A DNA stretch of 28,548 nt from Dehalococcoidales bacterium (GTDB lineage: Bacteria; Chloroflexota; Dehalococcoidia; Dehalococcoidales; ARS1013), in contig DAOWHE010000066.1 of NCBI GenBank assembly GCA_030641585.1, forward strand, positions 1 through 28,548, given 5' to 3'. The notes below the pieces were generated by a model that was not told the origin of the DNA, searched no databases, and saw only the letters and a list, made by a program, of their open reading frames with translations. Shown here piece by piece: positions 24,808-28,548 of the stretch. The translations under genes and the position numbers were made by a program. Each line of letters begins with the position of its first letter. Position 1 is the stretch's first letter.

Positions 24808-26009
24808 AAGAGCGTTACCGTGACCGGCTCCCCCTTCTCCAGTATGTCGGTATTCTCGGCTACCACAATATAGCCGTCAGCTTGGGCAGTGCCTGTTATT
24901 GTCCCCGATTCTTTGAATATAGGTATGGCAGTGTCGGCCTCAATCCTAACCGGCAGAAACAGTCTCCGGCCAACGCTGCCAGTGACTCTTTCACCAAGTT
25001 TGGCATCAACAGTTATCTCTCTTTTTGGCGGTAAGTGGGCCATCTTTCTTAGTGCCGGTTTAAGGAACAGGTAGGCGTTCATCAGGCAGGAAGTGGGATA
25101 GCCAGGCATTCCCAGGACTGGTTTGCCTCTCACCATGGCAAACATGGTTGGCTTGCCCGGCTTTATCTGAATTCCGTGAAAGAGAACTTGTCCCCATTCC
25201 TGAAGAATACCGAACAGAAGGTCTCTCTCGCCCACAGAGGAGCCGCCAGTGATAATTACTAGGTCGCTCTTTAGTGCCTCGCTGATGGCGGCTTTGATAT
25301 GTTGGATGTCGTCGCTTGTAATATTGGACTTGATGGGTAAGCATCCAGCTTCTTTTACCAGGGCACTCAGGGTGTAAGAATTAATATCATAGACCTGTCC
25401 TCGGCTTAACCTTTTACCCAGCTTGCCTATCTCTTCACCGGTGGGAATTACGGCTATGCTTGGTTTTTCATATACCTTGATCCGACTCATCCCTTGAGAG
25501 GCAAGCACCCCTATCTTGGCCGGTCCTAAAATGACGCCCTGCTTTAGAACCAGTTCCCCCTTTTTGATATCTTCCCCTTTTAAGGCGATATTGGCTTTGG
25601 GGTAGAGTGGCTTGAATATCTTTACCTGGCCGTTTTCTTTGATAACATCTTCAATCATCACCACGGCGTCGGCACCCGGGGGCAGTATAGCTCCGGTAGC
25701 AATCTGGATACACTCTCCGGCGGCTATTTTTTTTCTGGGCACTGAGCCGGCGTATAGAACATCAACTATATTAAGCAGCTTGGGATTCTGCCGGGAGGCA
25801 CCAAAGGTGTCTTTTGCCTTGACGGCATAACCGTCCATAGCTGCTCTATTGAAGGGAGGTGTACTTCTGGTGGCGATTATATCCTCTGCCAGCACCCTAC
25901 TTGAGCAGTCATTAATACTGACCGTCTGAATTCTGGTGATAGGCTCTATATTGGTGTTAATTATCCTTCGGGCTTCTTCAAAAGGAATTAGTGTTCCAAA
26001 TGGTCTCAT
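24804..26009 (-). CDS. moeA: Molybdopterin molybdo/tungsto-transferase
   Basis: PPFNRAAMDGYAV, IATGAILPPGADAVVMIE, TGEE, DINS, TGGSSVGERD, IKPGKP and GMPGYP. Confidence 0.93.
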   Translation of the reverse strand: MRPFGTLIPFEEARRIINTNIEPITRIQTVSINDCSSRVLAEDIIATRSTPPFNRAAMDGYAVKAKDTFGASRQNPKLLNIVDVLYAGSVPRKKIAAGECIQIATGAILPPGADAVVMIEDVIKENGQVKIFKPLYPKANIALKGEDIKKGELVLKQGVILGPAKIGVLASQGMSRIKVYEKPSIAVIPTGEEIGKLGKRLSRGQVYDINSYTLSALVKEAGCLPIKSNITSDDIQHIKAAISEALKSDLVIITGGSSVGERDLLFGILQEWGQVLFHGIQIKPGKPTMFAMVRGKPVLGMPGYPTSCLMNAYLFLKPALRKMAHLPPKREITVDAKLGERVTGSVGRRLFLPVRIEADTAIPIFKESGTITGTAQADGYIVVAENTDILEKGEPVTVTLF

Positions 26010-26509
26010 CTCGTTGCTTCCCTGACTAGATGCCCGATTTCAGGTAAGATAATTTGCTCCATCGCCAGGCTTACTGCTCCAACCGAGCCCGGAAGGCAGA
26101 GGATAACCTTTCCCCTGGCGACTCCGGCTATTGCCCGGCTCATGATACTGCCGCTGCCTAGCTCCTGGTGGGTCAAAAACCGAAAGAGCTCACCGAAGCC
26201 ATCCAGTTTTTTCTCTAAAGCTGGGGATATTGTCTCCACAGTAACATCAAGGTGGCTTATTCCAGTGCCGCCGCTGGTAATAATGACTTGCAGGCTTTCT
26301 TCCGCCAACAGCTCACTTAGCTTCTTCTGGATTGAGTCGGCATCGTTTTTCAAAATACAGTAGGAGACTAGGCGATGGCCGTTTCTATTGAGTGCCTGCT
26401 TAATGAGTTTGCCAGATTCATCACTTTGTTCGGTTCTGGTATTGGAGATGATGAGCACGGCACAGTTTACGCTTTTAGGTGCCTCGTGTTTGTGTTCTTG
26501 GTATCCCAT
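26006..26509 (-). CDS. moaB: Molybdopterin adenylyltransferase (MoaB/MogA family)
   Basis: DESG, SGGTG, DVTVE, LDGFGE, SRAIAG and LPGS. Start taken as ATG 26509 (MGYQEHK) rather than the track's 26587. Confidence 0.85.
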   Translation of the reverse strand: MGYQEHKHEAPKSVNCAVLIISNTRTEQSDESGKLIKQALNRNGHRLVSYCILKNDADSIQKKLSELLAEESLQVIITSGGTGISHLDVTVETISPALEKKLDGFGELFRFLTHQELGSGSIMSRAIAGVARGKVILCLPGSVGAVSLAMEQIILPEIGHLVREATR

Positions 26510-26659
26510 TTTATCTAGCTTATCATTCGGATATGGTGCCGTCTGCTGACAGAGTTTATTATACCTTATACTTTTAAGGCGGCGCAATATTCACCAGTTA
26601 GCAGGTTGAGTTTTTCTTAAATGTAGTATATCATTAGATTGATGACAGGAGGTGTGAAA

Positions 26660-27565
26660 GTGTATAAGAGGATGTTACTTCCCTTGGATGGCTCGGAGCT
26701 GGCTGAAGTGGTTTTTGCCTATGCCAAGGAGCTTGTTGGCAGGCTAGGGGTAGAGGTAATTCTGCTAAATGTGCATAGTCCTTCGGAACAAAAGTTGGCA
26801 CCTATGCATCGCACCTATGTTGAGCGGGCGGCTGAGATTATCAGACAGCAGACAGAAAGAGTTCGACCGAAAGGTAGAGCGGTAGAGGTGAGAGGTGAAC
26901 TAGCCATGGGCTACCCGCCGGAAGAAATCCTTCGTTTTGCCGATGAGAATGACATTGATATTATCCTTATGGCTACCCATGGCCGCTCTGGAATCAGCCG
27001 CTGGGCAATGGGCAGTGTGGCTGATAAGGTGCTACGGGCATCAAAAGTACCTGTCTGGCTGGTTCGAGCCGGGATTCCTGATGAGATTGTTTATGACAAG
27101 TGGCCAAGGAAAACGATACTGGTTACCCTGGATGGCTCGGAGCTAGCTGAACTAGTGCTTCCCCATGTTGTAGCGTTGACGAAACAGATTGGTGCTGAGC
27201 TAGTGGATGTGGTTCTACTCAGAGTTTCTGAACTACCAGTTATCCCGTCAGACTACTCTCCTGATATGCCGCTGAGCTGGGAAGAGCATGTAGAACAAGA
27301 AATGGTTAAGTGCAAGCTGGTAGCGGGGTCATATCTGACAGAAGTAGAGAAACGGTTTAAGGACGCCGGCCTTAGGGTGTGCTCAGAAGTGCTGATAGGC
27401 AGGCCGGCTGATGAGATTATTTCCTATGCTCGTAGAAATCCTATTAATCTTATTGTAATGGCAACCCATGGCCACGCTGGGATGAGGCGCTGGGCAATGG
27501 GCAGTATCGCTGGGAAGGTTCTGCTGGGTGTCTCTATCCCCATCTTTCTGGTAAGGCCGCAGTAG
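26660..27565 (+). CDS. Universal stress protein with two tandem UspA domains
   Basis: Two copies of L(D)GSELAE...G.P..EI...MATHG..G..RWAMGS.A.KVL. GTG 26660 has an AGGAGG RBS. Confidence 0.92.
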   Translation: MYKRMLLPLDGSELAEVVFAYAKELVGRLGVEVILLNVHSPSEQKLAPMHRTYVERAAEIIRQQTERVRPKGRAVEVRGELAMGYPPEEILRFADENDIDIILMATHGRSGISRWAMGSVADKVLRASKVPVWLVRAGIPDEIVYDKWPRKTILVTLDGSELAELVLPHVVALTKQIGAELVDVVLLRVSELPVIPSDYSPDMPLSWEEHVEQEMVKCKLVAGSYLTEVEKRFKDAGLRVCSEVLIGRPADEIISYARRNPINLIVMATHGHAGMRRWAMGSIAGKVLLGVSIPIFLVRPQ

Positions 27566-27589
27566 CCTGGTTCGGGTTAAGTTCCACTC

Positions 27590-27618
27590 TTTACAGCTAT
27601 CATTCTTTGGGCTAAAAT
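27590..27618 (+). promoter_or_regulatory. Sigma70-type promoter of the tRNA-Gly locus
   Basis: TTTACA (27590-27595), 17 nt, TAAAAT (27613-27618), 13 nt before tRNA position 1. Confidence 0.65.
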
Positions 27619-27631
27619 AGCTATGATTTTG

Positions 27632-27670
27632 GCGGGTGTAACTCAGCGGTAGAGTGCTTGCTTCCCAAGC
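27632..27670 (+). pseudogene. 5' half of tRNA-Gly(CCC); the 3' half is absent from the window
   Basis: GCGGGTG TA ACTC AGCGGTA GAGT G CTTGC TT CCC AA GC covers the acceptor 5' strand, a perfect D-stem and the anticodon loop. The sequence then diverges: no complete 3' anticodon stem, T-loop (GGTTCGA) or acceptor 3' strand. Confidence 0.82.
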
Positions 27671-27759
27671 CAATCTTAGCTTCACTTTCTTCCTCTGTTA
27701 ACAACCCCAGTGAACACAATTTATCCCTCAAATCAGTGTTTGGATTCCTTTTATGTGTA

Positions 27760-27788
27760 TTGATATATTGTTTCCCCTGATATATACT
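27760..27788 (+). promoter_or_regulatory. Sigma70-type promoter implying a leaderless transcript
   Basis: TTGATA (27760-27765), 17 nt, TATACT (27783-27788); ATG at 27795. Confidence 0.5.
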
Positions 27789-27794
27789 AACCCC

Positions 27795-28013
27795 ATGAAC
27801 GGGACTAAGGTATTGTTTATCATTGGTCTATTGATATTAGCTGGTGGTATAGGTACTCTAGTATATGGTATAAGTGGCCTAGCTGGAACTGAGTATTACC
27901 AAAGGGCATTTATGGAAAAGGATTACGAATCTTTTATTGGCATCGGTGCTGGATTATCGGTGCTTGGAGTGGGTATGATAATTGGCTCCATTGTATGGAA
28001 GCGTAAACAATAA
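27795..28013 (+). CDS. Small hypothetical membrane protein with two TM helices (72 aa)
   Basis: MNGTKVLFIIGLLILAGGIGTLVYGI...FIGIGAGLSVLGVGMIIGSIVWKRKQ: two Gly-rich hydrophobic segments and a basic tail. Confidence 0.6.
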   Translation: MNGTKVLFIIGLLILAGGIGTLVYGISGLAGTEYYQRAFMEKDYESFIGIGAGLSVLGVGMIIGSIVWKRKQ

Positions 28014-28348
28014 ATCTAGCCTTATTTATCACCAGAAATAGTCATCCTCAACTATCTTTCAAATTAACCCCCTACCAGATTCTAACTCTAACTGGATATT
28101 TTCTACGAGCCGAACTTCAGCGGATTGACTTCAGGTCAAACCAGTGCCCCAGGGGATACCCCCGCATCAATAGCGGATAAGACTAACAAGGGGAGCTATT
28201 GGCTATGAAAACCTCGGACTCACCTTGTTTTATTGTGAACAACTAGCCTTACCTTGTGAACAATCTAGCTTTGACTACTTGCTTTGAGAGCAAGCTATGA
28301 TAAAGCACATATAAAGCCGAGTCTTGTTGATAATCTCGGTAAACTCCA

Positions 28349-28377
28349 TTGACAACACCCCTGTCGGGGAGTAGATT
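28349..28377 (+). promoter_or_regulatory. Sigma70-type promoter implying a leaderless transcript
   Basis: TTGACA (28349-28354), 17 nt, TAGATT (28372-28377); ATG at 28385. Confidence 0.55.
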
Positions 28378-28384
28378 TGGCATA

Positions 28385-28548
28385 ATGAACCAAGAATTGA
28401 TTGCCCCGTGTGGAATGAATTGTAGTATATGCATTGGCTTTTTCGGCTATACCATGACTGGTACAAAAAGAAAAAAGCAATGTATCGGATGCATACCAAG
28501 CGGCAAAAGTTGTGCCCACTTAAAGAAATACTGTGAGAAGCTAAGGAA
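28385..28548 (+). CDS. Cys-rich DUF3795-family protein, partial (runs off the right edge)
   Basis: Absent from the track. Translation: MNQELIAPCGMNCSICIGFFGYTMTGTKRKKQCIGCIPSGKSCAHLKKYCEKLR..., with the CGxxCxxC ... CxGC pattern typical of DUF3795. Confidence 0.75.
   Translation, partial: MNQELIAPCGMNCSICIGFFGYTMTGTKRKKQCIGCIPSGKSCAHLKKYCEKLR

Noticed and set aside
27632-27760. Group I intron in the tRNA-Gly anticodon loop
   Set aside because: The break is after position 40 rather than at a typical loop insertion site. I see no P7/catalytic-core motifs, and no 3' exon is found in the remaining ~880 nt.
28020-28230. Possible minus-strand gene remnant
   Set aside because: The open stretches are short and interrupted by stops, with nothing recognisable. 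The track ORFs at 28249-28519 are antisense to the DUF3795 gene or its promoter.

Overview
A bacterial chromosomal window with no CRISPR array and no integrase or transposase gene. Gene content and style suggest Chloroflexota, class Dehalococcoidia; this is inference, not a database result. From left to right: (1) an oxidative-stress cluster (partial thioredoxin reductase-like gene, ferritin/rubrerythrin-like protein, flavodiiron protein FprA, tandem ferritin-like protein, Fe/Mn SOD), followed by a 46-aa zinc-ribbon microprotein and endonuclease III; (2) a cluster of GAA-loop hairpins; (3) an 11-gene complex I-like operon nuoA-B-C-D-H-I-J-K-L-M-N on the minus strand, with no nuoEFG; (4) a CetZ-like tubulin/FtsZ protein and a membrane-anchored protein with a duplicated domain; (5) a Moco/Tuco riboswitch with a terminator ahead of a WtpABC-type tungstate/molybdate transporter, then moaA, moaC, a MOSC gene, and convergent moaB-moeA; (6) a tandem universal stress protein, a tRNA-Gly(CCC) that stops after its anticodon loop, and two apparently leaderless small genes. 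The main candidate for a new system is NuoI (631 aa). It carries a complete, circularly permuted GltD/NfnB-like FAD/NADPH/Fe-S module inserted between its two [4Fe-4S] motifs, which would give the complex a built-in electron-input module in place of NuoEFG. NuoL also has a 29-residue duplication in its lateral helix. Other strong leads are a possible Cys-Gln thioester adhesin domain, the P3-less riboswitch with a visible antiterminator, and the split tRNA.
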